Shown here piece after piece: positions 37,425 to 51,190 of a stretch of DNA of 64,000 nucleotides. How positions within the stretch are numbered: the first letter of the stretch is position 1; every line of letters starts with the position of its first letter. The notes beneath the pieces are model-generated. The model was not told the DNA's origin, did no database searches, and saw only the letters and a list, made by a program, of their open reading frames with translations. The stretch comes from Mobula hypostoma. Lineage: Eukaryota. The translations under genes and the position numbers were made by a program. Where the stretch lies: the NCBI RefSeq assembly GCF_963921235.1, contig NC_086107.1:104842001-104906000 (forward strand). The letters are read 5' to 3'.

Positions 37425-39600
37425 AAGACTGTAAGACATTGGAGCAGAATTAGGCCATTTGGCCCATCAAGTGTGCTCTGCCATTTCATCATAACTGATC
37501 CATTTTTCCTCTCAGCTCCAATCTCCTGCCTTCTCCCCGTATCCCTTGATGCCCTGACCAATAAAGAATCTATCAACTTCTGCTTTAAATGTACATAAAA
37601 ACATGGCCTCCACAGCTGCCTGTGGCAACAAATTCCACAGATTCACCACTCTCTGGCTTAAGAAATTACTCCTAATTTCCATTCTAAAAGGATGCCGCTC
37701 TATTCAGAGGCTGTGTCCTCTTGTCCTAGACTCTTCCACCACAGGAAACGTCCTCTCCACATCCACCCTATCAAGGCATTTCAACATTTGATAGGTTTCA
37801 GTTACAACATCCCACATTCTAGTGAATACAGGCAAAGAGCCATCAAACGCTCTTCATATGACAAGCTGTTCAATCGTGGAATCATTTTTGTGAACCTCTT
37901 CTGAACCCTCTCCAGTTTCAGCACATCCTTTCTAAGATAAGGGGCTCAAAACTGCTCACAATAGTCCAGCAGAAGGCTGATGTATGCTTGTGTGTCAACT
38001 CGATGGAGTAGGTACGGCATCGCCGCAAACCTTACACGGATCCCTACGCCGTAGCCTGATGCGCACCTCTTCCAAAATGTAACTACACGTCGCAGCAACA
38101 CAGACCGCAACAACTGTGATTGGTCCGCCTGGTAGCATCGCATTTCCTCCTATGCTGCAATAGCTTCCCATTGGGCAACTGAAGAGCAGGGAAGGAACTC
38201 TGGCTGCAATGCTTTCCATAAAGCTTTACAGACCTCCAAAATTATGGAGGACACACTTCGCTTTTACTAAAAAGACGCTCGCTTTAAACTTGCTTACTTC
38301 GAGAAAGACTACCATGACCATGAAGCTTTGAGCGGGCAGGTGTGTGCGCATGCGCGACATGCCTGAATTGCAGAGCGACGCAGACACATCAATGCACAAT
38401 TATAAATGCTCACAATGCACGTAGGCCACTTGCGTAGGTTATGGCGTCAAGTTGACGCACAAGTATAAATCAGCCTTGAGGCTTCACTAGTGCTTTATAA
38501 AACCTCAACATTGCGTCCTTGCTTTTATATTCTAGTCCTCTTGAAATAAATGCTAACATCACATTTACCTTCCTCACCACAGACCTGACCTGCAAATTAA
38601 CCTTTAGTGAATCCTGCACAAGGACTCCCAAGTCCCTTTGCACCTGAGATTTTGGAATTTTCACTCCATTTATATAGCCTACCCCTTGATTTCTTCTACC
38701 AAAGTGCATGACCATACACTTCCCAGCACTGTATTCCATCTGCCACTTCTTTGCCCATTCTACTAATCTGTCTGAATCCTTCTTTAGCTTTTCTACTTCC
38801 TCAAAACTACCTGCCCCTCCTGCTATCTTTGTATCATCTGCAAATTTGCAACAAAGCCATCGATTCAGTCATCCAAGTCATTGACATATAAAAGAAGCGG
38901 TCCCAACACAGACCCCTGTGGAACAGCACTTTGTCACTGGCAGACAACCAGAAAAGGCTCCCTTAATTCCCATTCTTTGCCTCCTCCCAATCAGTCAATT
39001 CTTTATCCATGGTAGTATGTTTTCTGTAATACCATGGGCTCTTAACTTTTTAAGCAGCCTCATGTGTGGCACCCTGTCAGACGTCTTCTGAAAATTCACG
39101 TACATAGCATCAACCGGTTCTCTTTTGTTTAACTTGTTATTTCTTAAAAAATAACTCCATTAATCTTGTCAGGCAAGAAATTCCCTTGAGGAAATATGCT
39201 GACAATGGCCTATTTTATCATGTGCCTCCAAGTACCCCAAAACCACATCCTTAACAATTGACTCCAACATCTTCCCAACCACTGAGGTCATACTAAATGG
39301 CCTGTGATTTATTTTCTTCTGCCTCTTTTTTTGAAGAAAGGAGTGATGTTTGCAATTTTCCAGCCTTCTAGAACCATTCCAGAATGAAGTGATTCTTGAA
39401 AGATCATTACTAATGCCTCCACAATCTTTTCAGCCACCTCTTTCAGAACTCTGGGGTGTACACCATCTGGTCAAGGTGACTTATCTACCTTCAGACATTT
39501 CAGTTTCCCTAGAACCTTCTCCCTAGCAATGGCAAATTCACACACTTCTGACCCCTTATGCTCTGCAACTTCCACCATATTACTAGTGTCTTCCACAGTG
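37425..39600 (-). mobile_element. CR1-type LINE fragment, decayed, interrupted by a MITE
   Basis: Tail ataagactgtaagac. KCMVMHFGRRN, VQRDLGVLV and LKVDKSP on the minus strand. Confidence 0.87.
37974..38476. mobile_element. 503-bp non-autonomous TIR element, probably PIF/Harbinger
   Basis: TIR AGGCTGATGTATGCTTGTGTGTCAACT / AGTTGACGCACAAGTATAAATCAGCCT. 3-bp flanks aga / tga. Interrupts the CR1. Confidence 0.75.
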
Positions 39601-40507
39601 ATGTTCAGTGTTTGGCTCACGCCAAACATAGCATTTGGCCTAATGGCCAAACAGCTCAATTTTGGTTTCATCAGACCATAGAGCATTCTTCCAGCTGACT
39701 TCAGAGTCTCCCATATGCCTTTTGGCAAACTCTAGCTGAGATTTCATGTGAGTTTTCTTCGACAGTGGCTTTCTCTTTGCCACTCTCCCATAAAGCTGCG
39801 ACTGGTGAAGCACCCGGGCAACATTTGTTGTATGCCCAGTCTCTCCATCTTAGCCACTGAAGCTTGTAACTCCTCCAGAGTTGTCATTGGTCTCTTGGTG
39901 GCCTACCTCACTAGTCCCCTTCTTGCACAGTCACGCAGTTTTTGAGGATGGCCTGCACTAGGCAGATTTACACCTGAGCCACATTCTTTCCATTTCTTGA
40001 TGATTGACTTAACTGTACTCCAAGGGATATTCATTGCCTTGGAATTTTTCTTGTATCCATCTCCACACTTGTGCTTTTCAGTAGCCTTTTTACAGAGTTG
40101 CTTGGAGTGTTCTCTTGTCTTTGTGGTATCGTTTTTGCCAGGATGCTGACTCACCAGCAGTTGGACCTTCCGGATACAGGTGTATTTTTACTACAGTCAA
40201 TTGAAACACATTGACTGTACACAGGTGATCTCCATTTAACTAGTTATGCGACTTCTAAAACCAGTTGGCTGCGCTAGTGATGACTTAGTGTGTCATGGTA
40301 AAGGTGTTGAATATTTATGTAATCAGTGATTTTGAGTTTGTAATTAATTTGGATCACTTTGAAGAGATCAGTTTTCACTTGACACAAAGGAGTCTTTCTG
40401 TTGATCAGTGTCAAAAAATAACCAAAATATATCCATTGTGATTCAATGTTGTAAGACAATAAAACATGATATCTTCCAAGGGGGGTGAATACTTTTTATA
40501 AGCACTG
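39600..40507 (-). mobile_element. Tc1-like transposon 5' half (paired-like HTH region to first catalytic D)
   Basis: GDGYKKNSKAMNIPWSTVKSIIKKWK (ORF 39903..40154). Terminus ...gaatactttttataagcactg followed by TA. Confidence 0.85.
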
Positions 40508-41501
40508 TACAGTTTGGAGATGCAGAGAGTAAGACACTCAGCTGTTTTTTTGGCATTAAGCTAACCATGGATCTTTTGTCACATTAAATGTGTGACATCA
40601 CCCTGTAGCTAATTTTAATGTATGTGTTGAATCAGGCAGAGACTTAAAGAAATGATAGAAAACTTGTGACACAGGGGAAATGATTTGAGCTGTGCTATCA
40701 GTGCCCGCTTTAAAAGAGCTGCTTACTGCTGCTTTCCAACACTACAGCCTTAGTCCTACAGGTCACAGATCTTCTGAAACATGCAGGTACTATTTAAATG
40801 TGATGAGTGATTCTGCCCCTATCATCCTTTAAGACAAGGAATTTATGATCCATTACTACACTCTTGAGGGGATGGGTGAAATCCTTTTCCTCACCTTCCT
40901 TCAGGTAGTTCTATCAGAGAACTCTGTGTCCTGATTTGTGATCTCTTGGCTAAGGCAAGGGGTCTTAATGCCTCAAGAGAAAATTAATTCTTTTGTATCA
41001 GAAAAAATTCTAATTATCAATTAAGTCTTCACTCATCTTCCTGAAAGAAAACCCTATGCTTATTCAGCCATTGCTGTTAAATGTTTGTCCAGTCCTGGCC
41101 ACATCCTTGTAAATCTTCTGTACACTCACTCCAGTGCAGTCAAACAAAAAACCTCTGAGGTTTATTAACCTCTGCTGTTAATAAAATATTCAACCTTTTC
41201 AATAACCTTATGATCTGTCCTGCAAAGTTTAAGGATCTTGGATATGTACTTGATGATCCTTCTGTTCTTCCACACCACTCTGTACCTTCATTGTGTATTC
41301 TCTTGCCCTATTACATTTCTCAAATACATTGTCTCAAACTTCTCTGAAATTACATTTGCTGTTTTTCTGCTCAATTATCTAGACCTTGTATATATTCTTG
41401 CGACCTGGAGCTTTACTCTGTCAACTAAGCAGCTAATTTTTAGAATTATCCACATGCTATTAATCATGCTCCATATATTTTAGGTCAAAATCATTATTAT
41501 A

Positions 41502-41963
41502 CACAGTGGCCACTTCATTAGGTACAGGAATGGAACCCTTCTGCTGCTGTAGCCCACTTACTTTCATGTTTTGTGCATTCATAGGTACTCTGCATGCTGC
41601 TGTTTTAACACTTTTTTGAGCTACTGTTGACTTCCTATCAACTTGAACTAGTCTGGCCAATCTCCTCTGATCTCTCTCATCAACAAGATGTTTTCACCCT
41701 GCTGCTCACTGGATGTTTTTTTTCTGTTATTTTACACCATTCTATAAAATCTGGAGACTGCATGAAAATTCCTGGAGATCAGCAGTGTCTGAGATACTCA
41801 AATTACCATGTCTAGCACTTACAGTCATTCAGTGGTCAAAGTCACATAGACCACATTTCTTCCCCATTCTGATGTTTGGTTTGAACAGCTGAACCTCTTG
41901 GCCATGCATTGAGATGCTGCCACTGATTGGCTAATTAGATATTTGCATTAACAAGCAGGTGTG
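41502..41963. mobile_element. Tc1-like non-autonomous fragment
   Basis: TA followed by CACAGTGGCCACTTCATTAGGTACA terminus. The right TIR is not intact. Confidence 0.55.
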
Positions 41964-42463
41964 CTTGTTAAAAATTCCAATTGTTCATCAAACTTAGAAT
42001 GTGGATTTGTTATTGTCCCTGATTTAAATGAAGGTGAAGCTCATATATCATCCTTTAGAATGGATTCTCGTAATTTGCCCACCAATGAAGTTAACTGGCT
42101 ATCTCAAGAGTGAAGTCATGCAGCAACTAAAGAATATATAACTGATGTCAGTATTAACATAGAAACTAGTCTGATCACATGAAAATCAAAAAGAGGTGAT
42201 AAAGGAAACGAGGCTAAGGAAATTCATGAGAAAAGACTGACAGCAAGTATAAGAAGGAATCAAGAGAATATTAGTATTAAATCAAAGAAAAAGATGAGTT
42301 GGAAAATTATTTAGAATTCATTAGAAGATAGCCAAGGCAATGATGTGTTAAAAGAAAATATAATACAAGAGAAGAGCTTGCAAAGAACACAGAAACTGAA
42401 ATTGATTCTATGAGTTCTTTCAGATTGGGGCAGAAGCAGTTTGATTTTGAGTTTTAAAAAAAA

Positions 42464-44645
42464 TTCTTCCTCTTCATGTGCCTTGCACGTTACACACTTG
42501 GGCGATCATGGCTTTCCACATCGAACGATCCCATGCAGTGTCAGTGATATCCCGCACACTTAGATCTGTTAGTGCTTTCACAGCGTCCATATATTTTCTT
42601 CTTTGCCTTCCTCTTCCACGTTTTCCCAGGCATACTGCCTTGTAATGTAAGGCATTCTATTTCTCCCTTTCTGGTGACATGGCCCAGGAATTTCAGGTTA
42701 CATCCACACTACGCCGGATAATTTTGAAAACGAAGCTTTTTCTCTTCGTTTTGACCCTCCGTCCACACTGAAACAGTGTTTTCATCCCCCGAAAACGGAG
42801 ATTTTTGAAAACACTCTCCAGAGTGTGTAAATTTGAAAACGATTGTTTTGCATTGTAGTGTGGACAGGGAAATGGAGAGATTTTAAAACGTTGTCATGAC
42901 AACACCACAACAACAATGCTTTTTCTGCTTCTGTTTGGTACTGCGCAAGCACTGCTGTACGGCTGTTATAAAGCGCAGTCGGTGTGAACGGCGTGAGAGT
43001 TAAATTGTAAAGTGAGCTTTTTTGACTAGGTACCCTAAATTGATTTGATTGAGTCTATTTTTTAAAATAATAATGTCAGAAATTCTGCGCGGGTCTGGCT
43101 GCAGAAGATTCCAATCTCTTGTTGCTCTTGGGTAGAGAACGGCTTCATGCGTGTGTTGTTTACTTTATTGTCTACGTTAATAGTTTGTTTGGAATTAAAC
43201 ATCTCTACTGCTTTGCTGACTTTGTAGTCGTTTGTTACTTGCAGAAACAGCTCAACTTCATTGTCTGTTAAACGAAGAAGTCGGGTCTGATTTTTCCAGC
43301 GGAGGTTTTCTTTGTATTCCTTGAAGACATTGTTGAAAACTTCCTTTCGCTGTTGTTGTTGGTACTCTAGTTTTTGACCAATGGAAGTAGCAGAACACCA
43401 CCGCGGAAACGTAACTATTATACCGTTTCCTCTTCGCTTGTTTTCTGTAGATGTGTCTGTGCATGCCCAGTAGGAGTAGATTCACCCAAATATCCACTTT
43501 GGTGTGGACAGAGATATTTTGAAAAACACGTAGTGTGGATGCCTGTCGTTTTTACTCGAAACCAGCGTTTTCAAAATTATCCGGTCTAGTGTGGAGGTAG
43601 CCTCAGTTTCCTCTCATTTCATGTTCTCATTAAAGATCTTTTCGTATGGACACGTTGGAGTACTGTCTCATCAGTTACCCTATCTCTATATGATATTTTC
43701 AGCATTCTTCTAAGAAACCGCATTCCTATTGCTTCTCAGTTTCTTTGGAGTTCTGGTGTTGTAGTCCATGTTTCGGAAGCATACAGCAAAATTGACCAGA
43801 TGTAACATTTTAGTAGCCTAAGCCATAGAAATGTGTCTGTTGGTAAAAATGGGTTTCATTTTTTGGAAGTTGGTTTTGGCAATGGCAATTCTTTTTATTT
43901 CTACTTCTAGCATCTTGTAATATGAAGCTACCAAGGTAATTAAAGCTGGTCTTTTGTTCAATCTCTTGGTTACCGATGTACAATTGGCAGTTGGGAGTAT
44001 CCTGCTGTTTTGATATCATACATTTGGTTTTTTTTACAGTTGACGGTTAGACCAAAATCTGCACTTGTTTGTACTACTTTGTCTAGGAGGATTTGTAGGT
44101 CTTCTGAAGCACTTGCTGTTAGAGTGGTATCATCTGCATATCTTGCATTGTTGATGTTAACACCTCCAATTTTTATTCCGTCTAGGTCTTCTATTTCTCT
44201 GAGAATCATTTCACTGTAGATATTAAACAATTCTGGTGAGGCAACGCATCCCTGTCTAACTCCTCTTTGAATTTTAGCCCAACTGCTTATATTATCATCA
44301 ATTTTTACTGCCATCGTTTGGTTCCAGTATAAATTTTGAAGCAGTTGTTGGTCTCTTCCATCATTGTTTAGTTTAGCGAGAATTTAAAATAATTTTTCAT
44401 GTTGCACTTTGTCGAATGCTTTAGTGAAATCAATAAAACATAAAAAGACATCATTTTGATATTCAGTTGTCCTTTCTGAAAGCATTCGTAGTATGAAAAT
44501 TGCTTTCCTAGTTCCTCTATCCTCAATAAACCCATATTGTAGTTTAGAAGTTTCTGGCCTTGTTTTTAATTCAACTCGGAACAATTCTCAACAGAATCTT
44601 TATTATGTGACTCATAAAATTGATTGTTCTATAATTTTCGTAGTG
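42464..44645 (-). mobile_element. RTE-clade LINE, 5'-truncated, interrupted by a TIR element
   Basis: FLCFIDFTKAFDKVQH and GVRQGCVASPELFNIY...GIKIGGVNINNARYADDT. (GAA)-like tail at 42464-42476. Confidence 0.88.
42696..43602. mobile_element. 907-bp non-autonomous PIF/Harbinger-like element
   Basis: ~37-bp TIR GGTTACATCCACACTACGCCGGATAATTTTGAAAACG / CGTTTTCAAAATTATCCGGTCTAGTGTGGAGGTAGCC. Perfect 3-bp TSD TCA at 42693-42695 and 43603-43605. Confidence 0.87.
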
Positions 44646-44679
44646 AATAGTTCCATGAATTTTTGGCAGAGTTATAAAT

Positions 44680-47470
44680 TTTAAAAATGGCGGAGAAATT
44701 CAACAAATATTTTGTGTCTGTATTATTGGAAGAAATCAGTTGGGGGAGCAGATGATGATGAAATATATCTGTAGAGTGAACAAAGAACTCTAAAGAAACT
44801 AGATTTAGTTTTAAAAGGTGAAATTACTAGGACCACAAAGCAATAAATCTCCATTACCTGATGATCTGCTTTATTGAGTTTTGAAGTGGCTATGGAGATA
44901 AATTAGTTGTCATCTTCAAAAGTTCCATAGGTCCCAGTGTGGTTCCCAAAGACTGAGAGGTCACAAATTTAATTCCACTTTTTAAGAAAGGAGATAAAAA
45001 AAGAAAATAGGTGACATAACCAGTTAGCCTAATATCCGTAGCAGAGAAAATGCTGGAATCTATTGTTAAGAAAGTGGTAACGTGACTCTTGAAAATTTTT
45101 TTAAAATTATATTTATTCATGAAACGTGGTAGTAACTAGCAGAATAAATAAGGGAAATTAAATTGGTATGCATTGGGACTTTTAAAGGGCTTTTATCACT
45201 CGAGATTATTAAACGTGGTATTTGGAAAGAAATATTTGTATGAATGGAGGTTTGGTTAAAGACAGAAAATGGAGTTCATGTGGTTTGTTTGGACTTTCTG
45301 AAGTTCTTTAATAAAGTGCAGCTCACAATCGTGGGGGAAAAAAGAGTGGCATAGTGTTCGAATAAAGTGTTGGTGTAGATTGTGGAATTGTGGATTGAAC
45401 AACAGATAAAGAAGTAGGAATTAACAGAGTCAGGTTTAATATCACTGGCATATGTTGTGAAATTTGTTGTTATGTGGCAGCAGTACAATGCAGTGTATAT
45501 TAAAACTAAATTACAGCAAGAAATGTATGTGTGTGTGTATATGTCTTATGTGTGTGTGCTCCCTGATGGTAGCAATAAGAGAATGACATGTTCTGGGTGA
45601 TGGTGACCCTTAATGGTGAGTGCTGTCTTTTTGAGAAATTGTTCTTGGGAAGATGTACTGGATGCCACGGAGGCTAGTGCCTACGAAGGAGCAGACTGAG
45701 TTTGCAACCTCCTGCAGCTTATTTTGATCTTGTGCAGTACCCCCCCCCCATACTAGATGGTGATACAGCCAGTTAGAATTCTATCCACTGTATATCTGTA
45801 GAAACTTGCAAGTGTCTTGGCTGTCATACCAAATCTCCTCAAACTCCTAATGAAATAATGAAATACAACCACTTTCATGCCGCCTTTGTAATTGCATCAT
45901 TATGTTGGGTCCAGGATAGGTCCCCAGAGATGTTGACACAAAGGTACCTAAAATTGTTCACCCTTTCCACTTCTGATCCTTTGATGAGGACTGGTGTGTT
46001 CCCTTGTCTTACATATTCTGAGGTCCACAATAAATTTTTTGGTCTACTGACAAGTGTAAGGTTGTTGCTCAACAGTTGATCTATCTCGCTCCTGTATGTC
46101 TTCTCAGCACCATCTGACGTTCTGCCAACAATTGTTGAGTCATCAGCAAATTTATAGATGATATTTAGGCAGTGCCTAGCCACACAGTCATGGGTGTAGA
46201 GAGAGTAGAGCTGTGGGCTAAGCACACATCCTTGAGGTGCACCAGTGTTGATTATCAGCAAGGTGGGGATGGTATTTCCAATCTACACAGACTGGTCTTC
46301 CAGTTGCAGAGGGAGGTACAAAGGCCCAGATTTTGGATCTTTTTGATCAGAATTGTAAGAATGATTGTGTTAAACGCTGAGCTGTAGTCAATGAACAGTA
46401 GCCTGACGTAAGTATTAGTATTGTCCAGGTGATCCAAGGTCACACGAAGAGCCAATGAGATCACATCTGCTGTAGACCTATTTTGGCAATAGGCAAGTTG
46501 CAGTGGGTCCAGGTCCTTCCTTTGGCAGGAGTTGATTCTAGCCATATCAAACCTCTCAGAGCACTTCACCATAGATATGAGTGCTATTAGACAATAGTCA
46601 TGAAGGCAACTCACCCTGTTCTTCTTGGACATTGTTATGATTGTTGCACTTTTGAGGCAAGTGGGAACTTCGGACTATAGCAATGGGAGATTGAAAATGT
46701 CTTTGGTTGGCACAGGTTTTCAGAGCCCTACCAGGTATACCGTTGGGGCCTGTTGCCATGCGAGTGCTCACTCTATTGAAAGATGTTCTGACACCAAGAC
46801 AGAGATCTCAGTCATTTTTGGATTGAAAGACAACACCTAATGGGATGTTGTTGAAACTGGTGTTGATGCTGCAGCTGTTCTATCTGTATCAATGAGTTGG
46901 ATGAGGAGATCAAATATAAAACATGCAAGTTCAGTGAGGATCACAAGACCAAAATACAAAGCTGGGTAACAGTGTATGCCAGTGTAAGAGGGTGGAGAGT
47001 TTTCAGTGCACAGGGCCAAGCTAAGTGAACGGAAGAAGACATGGCAGATGGAATAATGTGACAGAATGTTAAATTGTTTATTTTAGTAGATAAGGAGGTG
47101 CCTGATGAATAATTTTGAAGTCTTCTACTTTGGTAGAAGAAGTAGAAAGTGGGAGAAATCATGAGACGTGAGTGTCCTTGTACATAAATTGTTTGAGAGG
47201 TAACATGCCAGTATATGCAAGCTTTTAGAAAGGCAGACAAATGTTGACCTTCTTTTGACTTTTGAGTGCAAGAGTAATAATAACATCATTTTGTTGCAAC
47301 TTTATGGACCCCATTTGGAATCTTGTCCACAGGTGAAGTTTCTCTACCTGGGTAGAGATAGGTACCCTTGTAGTGATACAGTAATTGCTCAGATTGGGTG
47401 TAGAAGAGGGCCTGAAAGCCTCGTGAAGAAAGAGTAAGCATTCTGGGCCTACATCTTCAGCTTGGAATAA
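44680..47470 (+). mobile_element. Heavily decayed CR1 fragments flanking a Rex1-type insertion
   Basis: Residual motifs ccactttttaagaaagga, ccagttagcctaatatc and aaaatgctggaatc match the CR1 at 31720-31810. Confidence 0.55.
45428..46800 (-). mobile_element. Rex1/Babar-type LINE RT fragment
   Basis: [41 protein letters not shown] and KFADD (ORFs 46255..46632 and 45875..46261). Confidence 0.88.
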
Positions 47471-47699
47471 GATTATGTTTGATAATCTTTCATTGCTGTG
47501 TTATTGATGAGTTCAGTGAAAAACTCTCCGTATTGCAACTAGGGAAATCTATTGATTTCTTTGCAGTAGGAAACTACTTGGCTAAAACAGAATTATGGCT
47601 GAATTACAGAAAGCCCCATCTGTTGTCATTTCTGTGTGGCTGCCACCATGCCTGTGGGAGGGATGGCTCTGTCAAAACAAATCATGAAAGTGCTGATCA

Positions 47700-48560
47700 A
47701 GAACTTTGTCTGAGGCATATTTGTGGAAGGCTATTAAAGGAAGCTGGTAATGAGGGATGCCTTGGAAGTGAATTCTATGACATGGAAACAAATGTGGTGG
47801 GAGTGACTGCAGCTACTTCAGGGCATCTCATATCACTGGGGGGCCCTTTGTTGGAGCCATCTTGAAGAGACAGCACTAATTGTTTGACAAAGTAATTGGT
47901 GGAAGTTTACTGCATCATTTGGCCAAGAAGATCTTCAGTCAACATGATTGTCTCTTTACATCAACCTTAATGTACAAGCAACAGCAAATACAATATTTTG
48001 CTTTTCTGGATTTCACCAATGCATTTGACACCTTGAACAGAATGGAACTCTCCCATATATCTAGAGGTTTCTGGGTCTCAATCGTTCGTTTCATGACAAC
48101 TGCCATGCCACTATACAATTTGATGACTTAATTTCTGTTTGTTTTGAGATGTAAATGGAGTGAAGCTATCTTTTGACTCTTTTGTTTGATTTCTTTTTCT
48201 CTGTACTCCCGACTTGCACTACATTAGGGTCTTGCCCATCATCTTCTCCCATACCGTAACTGACAAGAAAACTCATGATACAACAAACTGTTGTATCATA
48301 CTCAGAGTCTGAGCATACAATCAATACATTTTACTGTATTGGGTTCATTGTGACAGATTGTTGATGATGAAAAATTCAGTGTGGGAATTGGGACGGTTGC
48401 CAATAACTTGGTTCATTTAATAAAACTGGCAAGGAAGAATAACAAACTCACATTTAAGAAAAGGATGCCAATCTACAAGGTCTGCATTCTTAGCATGTTG
48501 CCAGGTGGTATACACTGCTTTCTGACCCAAGCTGTAATTCTTTGGTTGACTTGCCACCGT
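47700..48560 (+). mobile_element. Very old RTE-like RT remnant
   Basis: YFAFLDFTNAFDTLNR in ORF 47880..48131 resembles the RT motif xFxDxxKAFD. Confidence 0.4.
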
Positions 48561-49277
48561 TTGTATAGCTCTCTTGCACAGAATTCTCTCCCATGGCTTG
48601 CCACATTCCCAGCTTCCTTTATAACTCTTCCTCAAACATACCTCTGACCAATTTCTAGATCAGCCTTTTCAATATTTGTTAGTGATAATATGCCTATATG
48701 TACCATACTAGGACACTTGATACTTATTTCAAACACTCTGAAAAGCATTTTGTATTTGGAAGTCATAGCAACCATCTGTGTATAGAAATTAAATTCGCAA
48801 ACATTTACTTATTTGTTTTTACTCCCTGTCTGTTCCCTATCTTCCTCTCCTAATTGCATTGCCTCTTTTGCTGGAGTGCAGTTCCAAAGGTATTAATCAC
48901 ACTCTATAACTTGCCTCAGGTGCCGTGGCAGGTAGCAGCATTTGACCACCAGAACATGACCAAGCAGCTTGTGTGAACCTGATAGTGAATGTCAGTAGGC
49001 AGCTCCCGTACTTGTGCAGAGTTTGGATGGTTTTGCTTTATATAACTCAAGGATACTGAGAGCTCTGGTGTTCAACCACAAATATTGGGCATTTTTTTTC
49101 ATCCATGTGGTTAAAGTTGCTTTTAGAAAGCTATATAAGATAGATTAATTGGTAGACCAACATCTGTCAGAATCTGTAGGTATTCTGATTTGTTTATTGT
49201 AACTATTTTTGGGTACTCAGCATTAAGCTCAAATTACAGCTTGATGTCGCCACCATTTAATGTGCATTTGCATTTAA

Positions 49278-49379
<102 letters not shown>

Positions 49380-49839
49380 TAAAGAAGTCTCAACTAGGAT
49401 TCTATGTTTCCTTATATTTCTATCTCTGTTTCTATTCACTTACTACATTGTACCTTTGAATCAATCTGAGAGAAAAAAATTAGTAAATTTGTCACTAAAA
49501 TTTGTTTTCTGTTTTTGAGAATGTTGCACTTCAGTAGATTCACATATGATTTTAATCCATTTTGAATGTGGATCTGTGACAGATTTTCCATCCGTAGATC
49601 AGGCTTCTGATATCAGTACAGAGAGCCCAGGCTGGGACGAGTATGCGGGCAGTGGGCAAAATATCCCTCTAGTGTTTGTAGATCTCGTACTGGAGATGCA
49701 GTATCACTTCACCCTGCCACTTTGTTTTTGACCCACTTTGTCATCACCTCAGTCTCTGACATGCCTTTATTGGGATCTTTCTCCTCGCTAACCTCTGTTC
49801 TGGAGTTTAAATTAAAATAGTGGAGTTATTGCCTATGGA

Positions 49840-51190
49840 TAGTGTTTTGTGGGGAGGGTTATAGGGAATGGGTGCTGTGATGATCTGGAGGTTGTGCAGT
49901 AGTTACTTAAGGGGTGTTGTGAGGGACAGGCCCAGGGGTAGAGTTAGATAATAGGGGTGGAGGATTCACAGTGAAGGGGGGTGGGGTGGCAACTAGCATC
50001 GTGGGGGGGCGGGGTTTCTGCAGGATCTCGCAGTAGGGGGGAGGGCTGAAAGAGTAACAGAACTGCTGGTGATATTAGGTGAATTTGGCCCCTTGGTGGG
50101 TGAGGGCTTGGGATTATGGGGATGCATAGGAGGGTTGGAGGTGTTCGGCTTAGGGGTATGGCTGTGGGATGGGGCTGCGGGACATTGCGGTGGAAGGAGG
50201 GATTGAAAGAGCACCCAAGCTGATGGTGGAGTGGGGTGTGAGAGGGGATGGTGGGGGTCGGTGTTACATACGCCCCTTTGTGGGGTCTGGCTTGGGTTAT
50301 TTGGGGTGCTGTCCGGTTTAGTTGGGTTGTGCAGTCCATTGGAAATTAGGATTAGGGTGAAGTGTAGGGTTGGGGATGTTTATGGGGTGGCGTGATACTG
50401 GTGATGTGGGGTGAACCTGGCTCCCTGGTGGGGAGAGGGCCCGGGTTTATGGGAGAGTATAGGAGGGTTGGAGGTATTAGGATTAGGGGTATGGCTGGGA
50501 GGTGGGGCTGCGGGACATTGTGGTGGTGGGAGTGGTTGAAAGAGCACCCAAACTGATAGTGGAGTGGGGTGCGAGAGAGGATGGTAGGGGCCAGTGTTAC
50601 GTAAGCCCCTTTGTGAGGTCTAGCTTGGGTTATTTAGGGTGCTGTCTGGTTTAGTTGAGGTGCGCGGTCCATTGGAAGTTAGGATTTGGGTGAAGGGTAG
50701 TGTTGGGGATGTTTGTGGAGTGGCGCAGGTAGTGTTAGACTGGTACTGTGGGGTGAAGTTGGCTCCCTGGTGGGGAGGGGGCTCGGGTTTATGGGGGTGT
50801 GCAGGAGGTTTGGAGGTGTTAGGCTTGGGTAAATGGCTGGGTGGTGGAGCCACTGGACCTTGCAGTGGTGGGAGGAGTTGAAAGAGCACCCAAACTGATG
50901 GTGAAGTGGGGTGAACTTGGCCCCCTGATGGAGAGAGGGCTCAGGTTTATGGGGGTGTGTAGGATGGGTGAAGTTGTTATGTTTAGGGATAGGGTGGAGG
51001 AATGTGGATGCAGGCCTCCCCATGGGAGGGGGAGGAAGAGGAAAAGGAGCATGGGGCCCAGCGTTAAGTAGGCCCCTTAGTGGAGGTGTGGCCAGGGTTA
51101 ATTGGTGCATTGTCCACTTCAGTTGGGGTGTGTGGCCCTTCGGATGTTAGGGTTAGGTTGGGGGAGGTAGGGTCGAGGGATGTCCACTGG
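49840..51190 (+). repeat. G-rich region with ~335-340-bp imperfect tandem repeats (~3 copies)
   Basis: The anchor GAAAGAGCACCCAA recurs at 50205, 50538 and 50880. Many GGG/GGGG runs. Confidence 0.85.

Noticed and set aside
49583-49675. Open frame DFPSVDQASDISTESPGWDEYAGSGQNIPLV, faintly like the human RBFOX2 linker exon (…QADVSLG…YIPLI)
   Set aside because: Poor pyrimidine tract and no phase-1 GT donor after IPL (only weak ones at 49616 and 49652). The 55291 exon has far better signals. Not fully excluded without RNA-seq.
49944-51110. Pro/His/Thr-rich minus-strand ORFs
   Set aside because: By-product of the G-rich tandem repeat. Frames are not maintained between repeat units.
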